Source of the DNA: Lama glama
Lineage: Eukaryota
Length of the DNA: 64,000 nt
Reading direction: 5' to 3'
NCBI GenBank assembly: GCA_028534125.1
Contig: CM052816.1
Coordinates: 8,868,001-8,932,000 of the forward strand
Positions 42,054-59,341 of this stretch are shown here, piece after piece (positions within the stretch are counted from its first letter, which is position 1; each line of letters begins with the position of its first letter). The notes under the pieces were generated by a model. That model ran no database searches. It was not told where the DNA came from and saw only the letters and a list, made by a program, of their open reading frames with translations. A program made the position numbers and the translations under genes.

Positions 42054-42664
42054 TCATGCTGGCACCATCAGGGACTCTGGCTACCCGCTCACTTCAACCA
42101 AACCCATACTCATATAGTATCAGTTATGTACCCAATACTTAGGGATCCAAGAGGAGCAAGACTGGAACATGCATCCAGAAACCTAAGTGGCTCCCACCTT
42201 CCTTCTGTTCAGATCTCTGCTCTTAACGCCACCTCCTCAGGGAAGCCCTCCCTGACCACCTCTCTAAGACACATAGTGTCACTATCCTCAGAGTCTTCCT
42301 GACCATTTGTATATGAAAACAATATTTGGGTATTCTCTGAATTTTAAAAAAATATTTACTTTTTATTAAAACTTAAATAACTATCCCCTCACATTCCAGA
42401 TAAGGAAACTGAGGGCAGAGCAGCCACATGCTTTGTTCAAAGCTCCACAGAGGATCAATGGGCTCTTGGTCTTTTCCTGAACTAAGACCCAACCTCTTGG
42501 TCTTATTTTCTTTGCCCAGTACCTACTGCCACTCTCAGTTCTTAAATTTAAGGAAATAATGACTCTGTAAGTCACATTTATTTTTGGTAGTTTAGTCCCT
42601 GTAATGTCAGTAGCAAGGTCCCCAGGACAAAAGCCAATGCCCAGGCCAGAGCTCCTCTCAGCTA

Positions 42665-43042
<378 letters not shown>

Positions 43043-43774
43043 TCAGCTCACTCCTGGTCTATGATCTCAGGCATCCTCTTCTCTCTCTGGTTTCAGTTTC
43101 CTGTCTGAAATGGGGACTGATAATCATATTTGTACATCCCTACACAGCCTTTAGACCCATACTAAGCTTGATGAAAAGGGAGCCACTATATAGAATGAAT
43201 AAAAGACACAACTCTTCCTCTTGCCTTTCCTCCTAAAATATCAGAACTGTTACTTAAGACAAAATAATGGGTGATGCTGACACCTGGTGGCAGCACGTGG
43301 GAACAGAAACATCTGGCCAAGATAAAAGATTACCGAACCCATGAGGTACAGACCGATGACTGCCGAGTTTAAAATTCCCTCTCAACATTTTACGTTTTAA
43401 TTTATTTTTTTACCATAATGTGTCCTGATTCACTTACGAAATGTTTCTTTATAGCCATGTACTTCTATAGTATTTTTTGAGGTTAGTAAACTATTACCGC
43501 ATATCTAGAATATATGATTTTCTATTGGATTCCAGTACATGGAACAATGCATTTAGGTAAACAATATGTTTTTCCTTCCAAACCACTTTTAATTCACTTT
43601 GAATGCATTTATGATGAAAAGTACTTAAATATTTTTATCCAAGAAATATCTTTCAAAGACTCGTCTGTAACTTACATACCTGGCATATTATATACCAGGA
43701 AGTAAGATACTGTCCTCTTGTCATGGTGGAGGAAACTGAGGCCCAGACATGGGCAGTGATTGGAGCTAAGGTCA

Positions 43775-44182
<408 letters not shown>

Positions 44183-44299
44183 TTAGGGGAGGGGAGGGAG
44201 CCCGAAGTTCCAGATCCACCCATCCTTAGCCTTCCCAGCAGCCTTTCAGCCTGTACACAGGGCCTGGCCTGCAGCTTCAGTTATGGACAGGCCAGGTCA

Positions 44300-44515
<216 letters not shown>

Positions 44516-45064
44516 TCAGTGGGTGCACTCAAAAAGTCTCCCTTTGTTGGTTCAATCTCCCCCTGACCCTGGTGCATAGGGTTAGCTAACAAATATTTGT
44601 CCACAACTGTCATGTGCCTGATACTGTACCAGGTATGAGGAGGACAGTGATAACTTAGGATGGCTGTGTATTCCAAGTACTCACAATTTGCTTAGAGAGT
44701 GAGGTAATTCATTACAGTAGACTCATAAGTGTCCTAGGAGTTTGGACTGTATTTGGTGCGTGATGGGGATCTGGGAAGGTATTTAAGGGGCACACTAATG
44801 TAATGAAGTTGGTTTGGAAGTTGGTTCAGAAGTTAGCTCCAGCATCATCATATGGGATGGATAAGAGAGGCAAGACTAGAAGCAAAAGAGGCACTTAGAG
44901 TGTCATCTTGGGAAAGATGAGACTTGACACGGGGATGAACCAAGATGTCAGTGAGGATGGAGGAAAAGAGATGATCTGGCATTTTCAAAATAGTCATGAC
45001 AGGACTTGGTGACCAATAAATATGAGTGGTGATGAGAGAGGAGTCCATTACAATCCTAACTTGG

Positions 45065-45214
45065 GTGGGGTATAGCTCAAGTGGTAGAACACATGCTTAG
45101 CATGCACAAGGTCCTGGGTTTGATCCCCAGTACCTCCTCTAAAAACAAACAAACAAACCTAATTACCTGCCCCCCCAAACCAAAACAAAAAGAATACTCC
45201 AAAAACCCCCCAAA
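45065..45214 (+). mobile_element. tRNA-derived SINE (vic-1-like) with 15-bp TSD
   Basis: GGGGTATAGCTCAAGTGGTAGAAC...GGGTTTGATCCCCAGTACC has A and B boxes and an A/C-rich tail. Direct repeat ACAATCCTAACTTGG at 45050-45064 and 45215-45229. Confidence 0.92.
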
Positions 45215-47546
45215 ACAATCCTAACTTGGATGAGAGGATAGTAAAGACACACAGACACATATATATACAAACCATGGTAACAACTTCATTGCCAGCCAAC
45301 ATTATTTCCACTCATTATGCCAACTCTGGACCAATCATCCATCCATCCATTCATTCATACAAGGTCAGTTAAGTGCCTGCTAGGTACTATGGGAGGTAGT
45401 GCAGTGTAGTCAGATGGACCTTGGAAGAAATGATGTCTCTACTACCACCTGTCAGCTGTGGGAATTTGATAGAATTCTTTCATCTCCCCAAGGTTTGGTT
45501 TTCTCACGTGAATTACACCCCTTTCAGTGGGCTGCTGTGTGGGCTCCCTGCAACAGGGAGCTGGCCCCAGTGAAATTGTAAGGCCAAGGGGTTGCATCAT
45601 TTCTGACACCTGTGTGGTATGCTGCCCCCTCACTTTCAGAGGCTAAAATTTGCCAGCCAGATTCAGGACAAGATTAAAATGACACTCATGCACTTAAAAA
45701 AGTGAATTTACAGAGCTCTGAGGCCCCTAAACCTTTTCTGCTGAGGACCTCTGAGACCAGGCTCAAGGATACTCAGTACTGGGGGGCAGGGGAAGTAATA
45801 GAGGCCGTGTGCTTCACCTAATTTTCAAAGGCTGGAAAAATGGCGACTATCAGAAATGGGATGGAACTGTCAAAAGTATAAAAAAATCACCCCTGTAAAT
45901 GTGAAACAGAAGTTATGGTTCTGTTTGTTCTGTGACAGGGTACAGATGGTAAGTTTTTCATTAAGATAGAAGGCAAATAGAAAGGAACACTCTAAGTACT
46001 TTGGAATTGACTTAATGATGATGGCATTTCAATCAGAGGAGTCCATGGAGAGACAGAGCCACCAATACCACGTCTTCACTCCCACTTCTCTCCAAAAATA
46101 CCACCGTAAGTATTTTGATTACTCCTGTACACTCAGCCCCAGGAAGGTTCAGCTGTACAGGCTTGCCCCTTCCTCCTCTCTCCACAGCGTCTGAACTTCA
46201 CCACAGCATGCACCTGCAGGTGTGTACATAAACACACTCTCACACAAGCTCGCACTGTCAACACTGCTCTCCTCAGGCCCCACTAAAGGCAAAGGCCAAG
46301 TGAGCACAGGTGGAGGGCCCCCAACCCTCCTCTCCTAATGACTCTGCTGACCCCACCTTTGCTTCTGCTGCTCCCTTCCCTTGCAGCCCCTGTCCCTTGG
46401 CCTAACCTTTGCCCCAGTGCAATCTTGCCCATTCTTTAAAGCTCAACATAGGTGCCCATCCCCGCCCCCTGCCCTTGCCCCTCCAGCCAGCATGAGCCCC
46501 TGTCCCCTCACTACAGCTTTCCTGGAGACTCTTAATAGGGCCGACATGCTTCCCTTCTGTCCAAAGCCAGCCACACTGGCCTCTTTACATCCATGCTTCG
46601 TCTTCCTCCAGGGCCTGTTCCTTTTGCTTGGAATGCCTTTTCCATCCCCTCACTTACTCATTTTTCACCCTCATCTGAAATGTGCTCCCTCAGGGAAGCC
46701 TTCCTTGACCCTAAGACAAGAGCAGCCCCCTGGCATACGCTCCCACGGTACTTGGTACTTTGCCCTCCAGGCAGTTACACAGCCTGGCATTTCTAAGTCT
46801 GTGTGATGACTGGATTCATGTCTGAACCCCTCCCCAGGAGGGCAGGGGTTTGGCCTGTTGCTGTCAGGGCTGCACCCCGTGTCTAGCAGAGAACCTGATG
46901 CACGGCAGATGCTCACTAACTACTTGTCTAGTGGAGCTCAGGTAGCTCCCATTGAAAGGCAGGGTGGCCAAATTATCAAGAGCCAGGCTGGCTGGGTGTA
47001 AATTAGCTAGCTCTGTTTCTTACTCACTATGTGGCCTTCGGCAAACCTCTTTGCCTTGGCTTCCTCTTCTGAAAATGTAGTTCATCAAAGAGTTGTTACA
47101 GAAATTAAATTAGGCAATACATATAAAGCATTTAGAACAGTGCCGGCCACACAGTCATATTTTCTGTAATGCTAGCCTTTATCATGTCATGTGAGACTCA
47201 TGTGTGTGGGTCTTAACCCTCCTCCTAGGATTTGGGGCTGAGTCCTTTGATCACCCAGAGTACCTGGTGAAGCATAGGTGTTAGCGTGTATGTGTCAGTG
47301 GCCTGACTGACTGTGAAATGACTGCTTCACTCATGTCCTACTGGGGCACGCTCCTTCTCTGACACATTCCAATTTAGTTTTCATGGCTGTGTTCAACCTC
47401 CTCCTGTCCTGACAGGGTAGTTGCTCCCTCCTCTGGCTTGTACTGCACCTTGGTCATGGGCATTCATTCATTCATGAAATTCAGTAGACATTTATTGATT
47501 GCCTAATGTTGTGTAAGCATTCAGGGCTCATACGATATCACTGTCA

Positions 47547-48197
<651 letters not shown>

Positions 48198-48779
48198 TTA
48201 TTCTCTCCATTTCAAAGATATGGAAACTGAGACCCCAAGGCATTCACCCAAGGTTACACAGCACAACCATCCAGATTATGAAATAATAACGTACCACTTG
48301 TTGCTCATCTGTCAGATGGGTTTGCATGGATTATCTCATTGTATCCCTACAGCAGCCTTTTGGGGCAGGGGCTCTGATCCTCAAATTACAGATGAGGATG
48401 ATGAGGCTCTGAGAGGTGAAGCCGTGGTTGCCTGCCCTATCTTCTGGGCTAATGGCCTCTTGCGATTGGGATGTCAAGGCAGGCCTCTTAACTCTGGGTC
48501 TAGGGCTTTTTCTTGTGACCCACTCAGCCCTTGGAGGACAGAGCCTCTGCCCCCACCCTCCCCCAGCAGACAGGTTCTCTTTCTTCCTTCCCCTCCTGAG
48601 ACAAAGGCAGTAATGAGAAACAGTAAAAATCCCAGTGGGAGAGCTGGTTATCACAGGAAGGAAGGGAGGATGGGGAGAGGGGAGGGGTTTGGTTTCTTTG
48701 TTCCAGTAGGAAGATCAGAGGAGGAGAGAACTGCAGAAAAGGCCTGGCGCAGGGGCTTCACCATCACTGCCCAGTAAAT

Positions 48780-49220
48780 CCTGACAGTTATTGAGCGCTT
48801 ATTGTCTGGAAGACCTGGTCAGGTACTCTCTAGAATCTTTGCAAGCACCGTTTTATAGAGGCAGAAACTGAGGCACAGGGAGGTGAAGTCATTTGCAGAG
48901 GCTCACACAGCCAGTAAATGCTGCTTAGGTCTGGGACTTGAACTTAAGCCTGTGTGGCACCCAGGTCCTCCCTTGTCATCACTATGCCACCCTGCCTGTG
49001 GCATTGGGAGTGAGTTTCCTTGTTTGCTTCTAATCCTGGCCCCACTTAGTTGTTGACCTTCGGTGAGTCTCAGAATCTCTCTGTGCCTCGGTTTCCTCAT
49101 CTGTAAAATGGGAACAATATTAGTCCCACTGTGAGCAGTGAAAGAAATCATGTATAAAAAGCTCTTAGCACAACACATGGCACAAATAAGTGCTCTGTAC
49201 ATGGTAACGCTAATTGTTCT
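48780..49220. mobile_element. Two oppositely oriented MIR SINE fragments (examples of many MIRs in the window)
   Basis: MIR core 'gaaactgaggcacagggaggtgaagtcatttgc' followed by the opposite-sense core 'tctctgtgcctcggtttcctcatctgtaaaatggg'. Confidence 0.75.
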
Positions 49221-49419
49221 ATAGCTGCAAGGTGCAGAGGCTGGGTCATAGGTAGATGTTATAGATATGTACATTTTACCTAAGACAAAGGAGAATTTCT
49301 CCTTTACTAAAAGAGAAAGGATTAGCTTGTCTAATGATAAAATGAGCTTCCTTTGTAGGTATTAAGCTCCTCATTCCAGATGTACACGCAGGTTGGACAA
49401 ACTCACAATGAGCATTTTA

Positions 49420-49980
<561 letters not shown>

Positions 49981-50267
49981 TCACCAGAGAAGAGAAGCCT
50001 AGGGGACCATCTCTGGACAATCTTCAGATCTCAGGGCTACTGAGGGGCCCCAAGGGTCACAACTACCTATTTAGGAAGAGGCAGATTTTAGCACAATACA
50101 AGGAAGACCATTCTAGTCTAAAGAACCGGAGAAGAAACAGGCTGTTTTGGGAGGAAGCCAGCTCTCTGCTATTAATGGGCTACATGGCAGGAATGTGGAA
50201 GAGAGAATTCCAGCAGAGATGGATGGTTGGGCTTGGGAAGTCAATAGTTTGTCAATAATGATTCTCA

Positions 50268-50825
50268 CTTCCCAGCTCTTATTATGAGGCTTAACATTAC
50301 CTTGATACCAGAACCTGACAATGACATTACAAAAAAGGAAAATTATAGGCTAATCTCTCCCATAACATAGGATAAAAGCCCTTAAAAATATATTAGCGTA
50401 TAGAATCCAGACATACAAAAAGCATATTGCTTCAAGACTAAGCCGGGTTTATTCTAGGAGGGCAGGAGTGGGTTATTCAAAAACTAACCATATAGTTAAT
50501 TATAGTAATAGAAAAGAGAAAAACCATGTATCTCAATTGAAGCAGAAAAATATTTGATAAAATTCTGCACTCATTTGTAACATAACTCTTCGCAATCTAG
50601 GATGAGATAGCAATTTCCTTTATGTGATAATAAGAAACACCTATCAAAAACCCATAGCGAACATCTTCCTTGATGGTGAATTACTGAAACTTTCCCTTTA
50701 ATATCTGGATTGAGACAAGGACGCCTGGTCTCACCACTTCTATTTACATTGTACTGGAGGTCCTATCCAGTGCAATAAGTTAAGAAAAAAATGGAAGGCA
50801 TAAGGTGTGGAAAGAAGTAAGTCAT
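50268..50825 (+). mobile_element. Old L1 ORF2 (reverse transcriptase region) fragment
   Basis: 'ccttgataccagaacctgaca...ggaaaattataggctaatctct...gaagcagaaaaatatttgataaaatt...gacaaggacgcctggtctcaccacttctattt' corresponds to degraded L1 RT motifs (IPKP, NYRPISL, AEKAFDKI, RQGCPLSPLLF). Confidence 0.85.
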
Positions 50826-51340
50826 AATTCTTGGCTTAGTTCTGGCCTGAGATGAGCTTTTCACTGTTCCAGGGTGAGAAAAGTTCATATTTCAAGTGGA
50901 TATATGTTGGGAAAGGCTTGTCAATAGATTTTTAGGTAAAGAGATACCATTTTTTTCCCTGAAATTATGTCCATCCTATTTTGGAATTAAAGGTACATTT
51001 TCTTTTATAAAATGATAGTGATGAGAGATGGTGAATTAAATTGAAAAAAAGCAAAAAATACAATAACAAATGTTGCATGGGCTAAGTTTTAGAAAAGACA
51101 GATATATGGAAATGATGGAAATACATACTTTAAAACTTAACAGTGGTTAAGGTCAATGGGATTATAGGTGAGTTTTTAAAAAATAATTTTCCATTTTGTT
51201 TTCTTCTAGTTTTGAAGGAACGATTTGCTTATATAATGAAAAATGATAAACATGGTTTTAAAGGGATAAAAAATTCATCTCTGGAAAAACAAAGTCTTTA
51301 TCAGGTCTTCAAGTTTTGTTTTGTTTTGTTTTGTTTTCTA

Positions 51341-51775
<435 letters not shown>

Positions 51776-52400
51776 TTACCCCTCTGCAGGTGTCCCTGCT
51801 CTGGGGCCCCGAGACCATGAAGTGGTGGTTGTGAGATGCGATCTTGGTAATAAATAAGCCCCCATATGGGCACTGTCTTACAGATGTACCCTTGCTTTGT
51901 GATCTTGGTGACTTCACCTCTCAGAGCTTCAGTTCCCTCATCAGTAAAATGGTCATAATAAATAATAATACCTACCTCACTGGGCTATTGTGAGGAGCAG
52001 TGAATGCAGAATGTTTAGCTGAGTGTCTGGCACTCAGTGAGGGCTCATTAAATATCAGCTATTGTCATTCCCCGTCATCTTTGCATCCATTGTCTCAGGT
52101 CATTTTCGTGGCACCCAGCAAGTCCCCATTTTATACAGAAGGGAATTGGATGTTCAAAGAGAATAAACCAGTAGCCTAAGGTCAGTCACCAAGAATCAGG
52201 GCAAGGGCTTGGTTTGGGGCTCCTGACTCCTATGGCAGCAGTCTTCCCACTGAGTCCCAGGGTCACTGAGAACAAGGGCTTTGGGGCCTCCATGGTGACC
52301 CAGAAGGGTGAGAGGGTGGTGGGCACCAGCATGCCAAGGTCAGATCAAGGTCTGCTCTTCGTGAGGACAGAACCAGACTGAACGCCTGACTGGTACTTAC

Positions 52401-52499
52401 AGGAGTTCTTCAGCTCCCCATTCATCTTTGTTGTGGGGTAGCTGCTATCTGCATCTTCGTAGTAGCCATCCACGATTGAGTGGGCTGGGCTGCAGCTGT
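52401..52499 (-). CDS. AFAP1L1: AFAP1L1 exon 6 (99 nt)
   Basis: TACAG|AC ... TCCT|GTAAGT. Encodes (N)SCSPAHSIVDGYYEDADSSYPTTKMNGELKNS. Confidence 0.96.
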
Positions 52500-54469
52500 C
52501 TGTAGGGTTGGAAAAAGGACAGTACTTGCAGAAACACAGGCAGACTCCAGGTGCCAGGGCTGGGAAGATCCTGGACACCATGCCCTCCTCAGGGAAGAGA
52601 GAGTGGAGCTCTCAGCAGCTCTTGGCCAGGGTGCGGGGCCTCCTCTCTGCATCTCGTGTGCTGTAGTTCCCCTTGCTCTCTGTGCTCCTGTCACCAGGAA
52701 CTGTCACACCTCCAGGCCTGTGTTCATGCTATTCCCTGTGCCCTCTTAACATCTGCTAGAGAGCTCCTACTCACCCTTCAGGACACAGCTCAAAGATCTT
52801 TCCTCTGACCTTCCTAGGCAGAGAGTGGTCAGCCCCTTTTCTCTGACCCCAGAGCAATGGTGTGTGTCTTGGTCACAGCTCTGGTCCCCCCACTGCAGGG
52901 AGTGGTGTCCCAGTAGCTGGGGTCAGACCCCCTTTCTGCTCTGCCTTTGCCTCATCTTCCACCTCAGCCCTTCTGCTTACTTCTTAATACAGTCACCCCC
53001 TCATTTCCTTCTAAACCTTTGCGCCTGCAAAGGAGGAACTGGAGTAGGGGAGATAATGATAATACAATAGTGAGTACAACAGCTGCCGACGCTGAATTTT
53101 TGCGCTTTCCCGTTCACGGGAGTCAGTGCAGTACAGGAGTGGGCGTATCCCACGTTGTATTCTGCATCAGTTACTGGGGAGGGGGCTCTTTAAAATGGAG
53201 AACCCTGGACTGTATCTACAAAGATTTGATTCACTGGTATGGGCTGGGCTGAGGAGTCTGCACTGAGAAAAAAAAAACTGTTTAATAGGACAGTTCTGAA
53301 CATATGTAAAAATAGCAAATGTACTGAACTCCAAGGAATCAGATTTTTTTTAAAAACAATTAAGATTATTTTGATATAGATGGTCTCTGGAGCACACTTT
53401 GAAGTTCATTGGATTAAGGGCATGTGCTTTGGGGTTGATCAGATTGGAATTCAAATCTGTTTCCATCATTTACTGAGTAACCTTGGAAAGAAAACTGTTT
53501 CCCTGCATTTCAGAATCTTCACCTACAAAGCGACATGAACAGTTCTCACCTTGAATTAGGGATATAATGCATCTGGACTCTCAGCACAGTGTCTGGCACA
53601 CAGAATGTGCCAGACAAATGCCAGACGTTATTATAATTATCTCTTTGATTCCCACAATGTAGGGAGCTAGGTACCAGGCTCACTGTACAGTTGAAGAAAC
53701 TGAGGCCACACACTTTGCTAGTGATAGAGCCTGGATCAGAGCTGAGGTTGCCAGCTCAGGGAATAAGTGCATGTCCCCTCCTCCAGGAAACCTTCCTTCA
53801 CCCAGTCCAACTTGCTCTCACATCACATTGTTCCTCAAAGCACTGCTCTGGGCTCACTGCCCCTGCCGTCCATCTGTTTCCTGAGGACGGCAGCACTCAA
53901 ATTCCCAGCACTAGGACACCCAGTTCTATCTTCCAGGCGAGGCTCAGAGCTGCCTTTCCCAGCAGGCACTCACTCTGAGGTCTCAGATGCTGGTGACATC
54001 TCTGTGATGTGGACTGAGGGTGCTGAAGCCAGAGGTGGGGGTGGGGGAGGAAGAGATGCGAAGGGGGAGAGGGAGGGAGCACTGGGGGAGTGCTTGGACA
54101 CCTGGCAGGCTGGACGCTGTGTGAGAGGAAGGATACTTCCTGACGGGCTTGGCACCCTCTCCCTGGACATGGTCCTTGGCCTTTCCTGAGACACTCCCTT
54201 CCCTCCCGCCCCAGGATCCCTGCTGCTCCTGGGAGGTGGGGTAGGAGGCTCACCCAGCTGAGGGGCTTGACTTGGGATTCAGGGTCCAGCAGCACTTGTC
54301 CCCTGGTTCTTCCCCGTCCTCAAGTGGATAAAATTAAGTTACCCACTTCACATAATCAGCTGCTGGCAGTGACACAGACCCCAGGACTATCTGGGCTAAA
54401 GAGGGCTGCTGATCCCCTGTTCCAAACCCAGCATTTCACTAGTTTTGTTTGAACTAGTTTATTAATCAT

Positions 54470-54920
54470 AAAAATAATATATCATAATAGCCCAAAGGCG
54501 GAAACAACCAAAATGTCCATCAACTGACGAATGGATAAACAACCTGTGGTATATCCATACTATGGAATGCTGTTTGTCCCTGAAAAGGAAGGAAGTACTG
54601 ATATGTGCAGTGACATGGATGAACCTCGAAAACATTATGCTAAGTCAAACACTCAGACATAAAAAGCTATACATATCATTTAATTCTGTTGATATGAAAT
54701 ATCCAGATTAGGCACATCCATAAAAACAGAGCAGACTCGTTGAGAGGGGAGCAGGGAGTGACTGCTTATTGGTTATGGGGTTTCCTTCTGGAGTGCTGAA
54801 AATGTTTGGGAACTAGATGATGGTGGTGGCTGCACAACACTGAGTGTGCTAAATGCCACTGACTGGACACTTTAAAATGGTTGGAGTGGCCAGTTTTATG
54901 TTATGTGTATTTTACTGCAG
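54470..54920 (+). mobile_element. L1MB-like 3' end
   Basis: 'ggaaacaaccaaaatgtccatcaactgacgaatggataaacaacctgtggtatatccatactatggaat' ... 'ttttatgttatgtgtattttac'. Confidence 0.85.
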
Positions 54921-55557
54921 CATGGTGAGAAGGACGATCAGTACGAAAGACTATGAATGGGAAAATGTGTTCCCTCCACCCAGATTTCTATTCATTTCCT
55001 TACAGGAAAATAATGTTAAGAGTTTCTTATCCTAGAAAAATTGTTAACTGCATGTGCGTGTGGGTACCCTATTTAAAGACAAATGGAATCATTTTGTTAT
55101 ATGCAGTATTGTTTGATTTTTTTTTTTCAGTATGTATCTTGGGATTCATTTCTGATCAGCACAGATAGACCTATCTTACGTATGTTTTGGTGGTTGGAGA
55201 ATATGCCACTATGCTGCTGCATGACAGGACAGCAGCACACAAACGTATTATACAAGTTGCACCGTACATGCTGGGTCATCTAAAAACTATACTAGAATTT
55301 CTTGTATGTGATGTTAAGTCCCTGTGCTCAAGTCAGTAGTAGTCGTCTGTGAATCTCTATCCTAGTGCATTTATATGTGTGTGTCTAGCTCCCCTTCCTG
55401 ATTTTAAAGGTAGGGGAACTGAGGCTCAGAGAAGGGAAAGGGATTGTCCAAGGCCACACAGAACTGAGACTAGAACCCAAGCCCCTGACCCCCAGGTCAT
55501 GCCCACTGGCCCACCCAGGCTGTCACTGGAGAGGCCGGGTGCTCAGGCAGCTCCTTA

Positions 55558-55902
<345 letters not shown>

Positions 55903-56332
55903 TCAGTGAGAAAGGACACAGTAAGTGGTCAACAATTGGTACCATTTATGGTGATGATAATAGTGAATTATGCAGTTGACAGACAATGCTTGATGTGATT
56001 TGAGCCCTTTGTCCTAATTCCATGGCCCCAAGGCTGGGAACCTTAGATATGATCCTAACCTTCATTTTTGTAGGTGAAAATGTTAGGCTCAGAGGAGGGA
56101 AGTGATCTGCCCAGGGCCACACAGCAGGAGGGAGGAGGGCAGAGGCCGCCCAACTTGTGGTCCAGAGCTTTCCCCATCACTCCACCTGTACAACTATGAT
56201 CAGAGGTTGGGGTGGGGATGTCCTTTGGGCCAGAAGGGACAGGTCATTTATCACATTATCCCTGCTTGGCACGGGCACAGTGAGCATGTCATGAGTCATT
56301 GAAACATTCTCACAATGCTGTTTCTGCCCTTA

Positions 56333-56542
<210 letters not shown>

Positions 56543-57250
56543 TCAGGCCATTGAGGCAGAGAAAGTGGAGGATGAGCATGGCAGAGGGAGAGGAGGATTG
56601 GATTTGGGGTTGGGGGCTACAATGCCTCCTCCATTAGTAACCCTGAGCAAGTGACTTCATCCCTGTCGTCTGTAAAGTGGTCACAATAATCCCTGCCTTG
56701 TCTAGCTCCCAGTGCCATTGAGATGATCAAATGGGTTAATATTTGGTATGGTGCTTTGGAAATTTTCAAGTGTTATGTTAATGAAGGCACAGTATCTTCC
56801 CTAAATCTGTCAGTCCATATATCGTTTCACCTGACCCGTAGCTTTCTCCCTGTGCCCTGTGTTGGACAGTGCAGTTTCCCCTCAGGATACAGCAGAGCTC
56901 GTGCACACCCTGCACACAACCTGGCTCACCTGCTCTCACACCCATGGTGCTTCTGCTAGTCCATTACAGCTCCATTATCTGCTGAGCGGTGGGACAGCTC
57001 AACCCAGGGACCAGGCAGCCACCACGATGGATGCGAGCAGTAGGCGAGACAATGCCCTGTGTGCCAGCCTTCTTTGGCCTGCATGTTCATCGGTACCTTT
57101 CCTCAAATCTCAGGGATGACTTTCCATAACCATTCAGATTTTGACTAGATTTTCAGGTCTGGCAGGGCCCAGAGAGACAAGGGACTTGGCCAAAGTGGCT
57201 TAATGTCGTAATGTTAGAGCCAGGCCCACATGCAGGTATTTTCCTGCTCA

Positions 57251-57514
<264 letters not shown>

Positions 57515-58055
57515 TCAGACTGCTGTCCCACACAGGACACAGCACTTAGTTGGTAAAGCATGTGCACGTTCTAAATTATTCCCTTGCTTTCAAACTTTGT
57601 TTCCCTTTTTAATTGTTACTGAGGATCTCTTTTTCCAAGTGGAAGGATGCCCAGAGCCCAGTACAGAGAACAGAGTGGAAGGGATGCTTTGGGGACAGCT
57701 GGGAGACAGTTGGCAAACTACTGCCCCTTTCGTCCTCCAAAAGCCCTGTGAAGGTGGCCAATGACATTGACCCGTTTTGCTGCTGAGAAGGGAAGCTCAG
57801 TGTCACCCAGTGGTGACTTCCCACTACATCACTCAGACCCCGCCAACTCTGTGGGACACACTACAGCTCATTAGAGTTTCCAGAGCTCTTGATTTACACA
57901 TAACATCTTGTGGCTGACTTGGTGTTAGAGAAAAGCCTGGGGCAGATGAGGAGGCCTTGCTGCTGAGCATACAGTGAGGCACAGAGGCTGTGGGAAGTAG
58001 AGGGAGGGGCAAGAGTAGAGATGGGGGCAGGTATACAACTCTTAGAGATGAGGGA

Positions 58056-58305
58056 ATATGTGTGTATGTGTGTCCAAGTGTAGGAGTGAGTGATGTGTAT
58101 GCACATGTCAGAGTGTGCTCGAGTGTTTGTTGTGTGTGTGTGATGCGTATGTGAGCGTGTTGCATTTGAGAGAGCATGTGGGGTGTGTCGTGTGTTACGT
58201 ATGGGAGATCTGTGTTATGTATGGGAGAACGTCTTGAGTGTGTGAGGGTGGTATGTGGTGTGTAGGTGAGTGTGTGTGGCATGTGTGTTGTGCATGTGAG
58301 TTTGT
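58056..58305. repeat. Degenerate (TG)n-rich low-complexity tract
   Basis: About 250 bp of interrupted TG dinucleotides. Confidence 0.8.
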
Positions 58306-58438
58306 AGAGGGCTGGGGATGGACGAGGACGAAGAGCGCAGCCAGGGCGGTGGTGGAGAAGGGCTGAAGCGGGTGGGCATGCTGGCTAGACCATGAAGAGT
58401 TGCATGCCGTGCTGTGAGGCTTAGGCTTCCTCCTGCTA

Positions 58439-58732
<294 letters not shown>

Positions 58733-58749
58733 TCAGAGGCCCTCACACA

Positions 58750-58805
58750 GCTGTCCCAGGGGAGGCTGGTGGCCAGCACTGGCCACCAGCCTCCCCTGGG
58801 ACAGC
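58750..58805. repeat. Perfect inverted repeat, 27-bp arms, 2-nt spacer
   Basis: GCTGTCCCAGGGGAGGCTGGTGGCCAG-CA-CTGGCCACCAGCCTCCCCTGGGACAGC, checked base by base. Confidence 0.98.
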
Positions 58806-59179
58806 CCTGCTCAGTTAACTGTGACGTTTTTCCGGCCTCCCCACTCTGCCTCAGACCGCATCTGGTCTTGGCCTGAGGACTGAACCTTCCAGATATCCTG
58901 AGTGGAGGCACTTAGCCCTCTCTTTGTCCCAGCCTGCCCTTTGCTTTGCAGGCCCAGAGGTCCTTCCTCACTGCAGCTCGAAGGTCAGTGCAGGCCCAGG
59001 CAGGAGCCCCGGCTGTCCAGGACACAGGGCAGGAAGGAAGCCTTCCTGTCCAGTCAATCCATACACTTCAATCTCTGGAACCTTCTGTTTCCGGTGGCTT
59101 GGTGGGAGCCAGACTCAACGTTAACCCTTCCCACCCTGGGTCCCAAACTCTTGTTGCCATTCTTTCTTTCCATGCTCAC

Positions 59180-59341
59180 TAATGTTTCTCAAACTTGAAT
59201 GTATATAGGAATTACCAGGAGATCTTGTCAAAATGCAGATTCTGACTCAGGAGGTCTGGTGCGGGACCTGAGATTCTATATTGCTGACAAGCTCCCAGCT
59301 GAAACTGATGCTGTGGGTCTGAGACCACACGGAGTTGCAAG
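59180..59341. mobile_element. MER5-family hAT MITE
   Basis: 'tttctcaaacttgaatgt...cttgtcaaaatgcagattctgactcaggaggtctgg...acaagctcccagctga'. Confidence 0.75.

Noticed and set aside
45065..45140. Possible tRNA gene (also 3608-3683)
   Set aside because: A and B boxes are followed by A-rich tails and flanked by TSDs, so these are SINEs.
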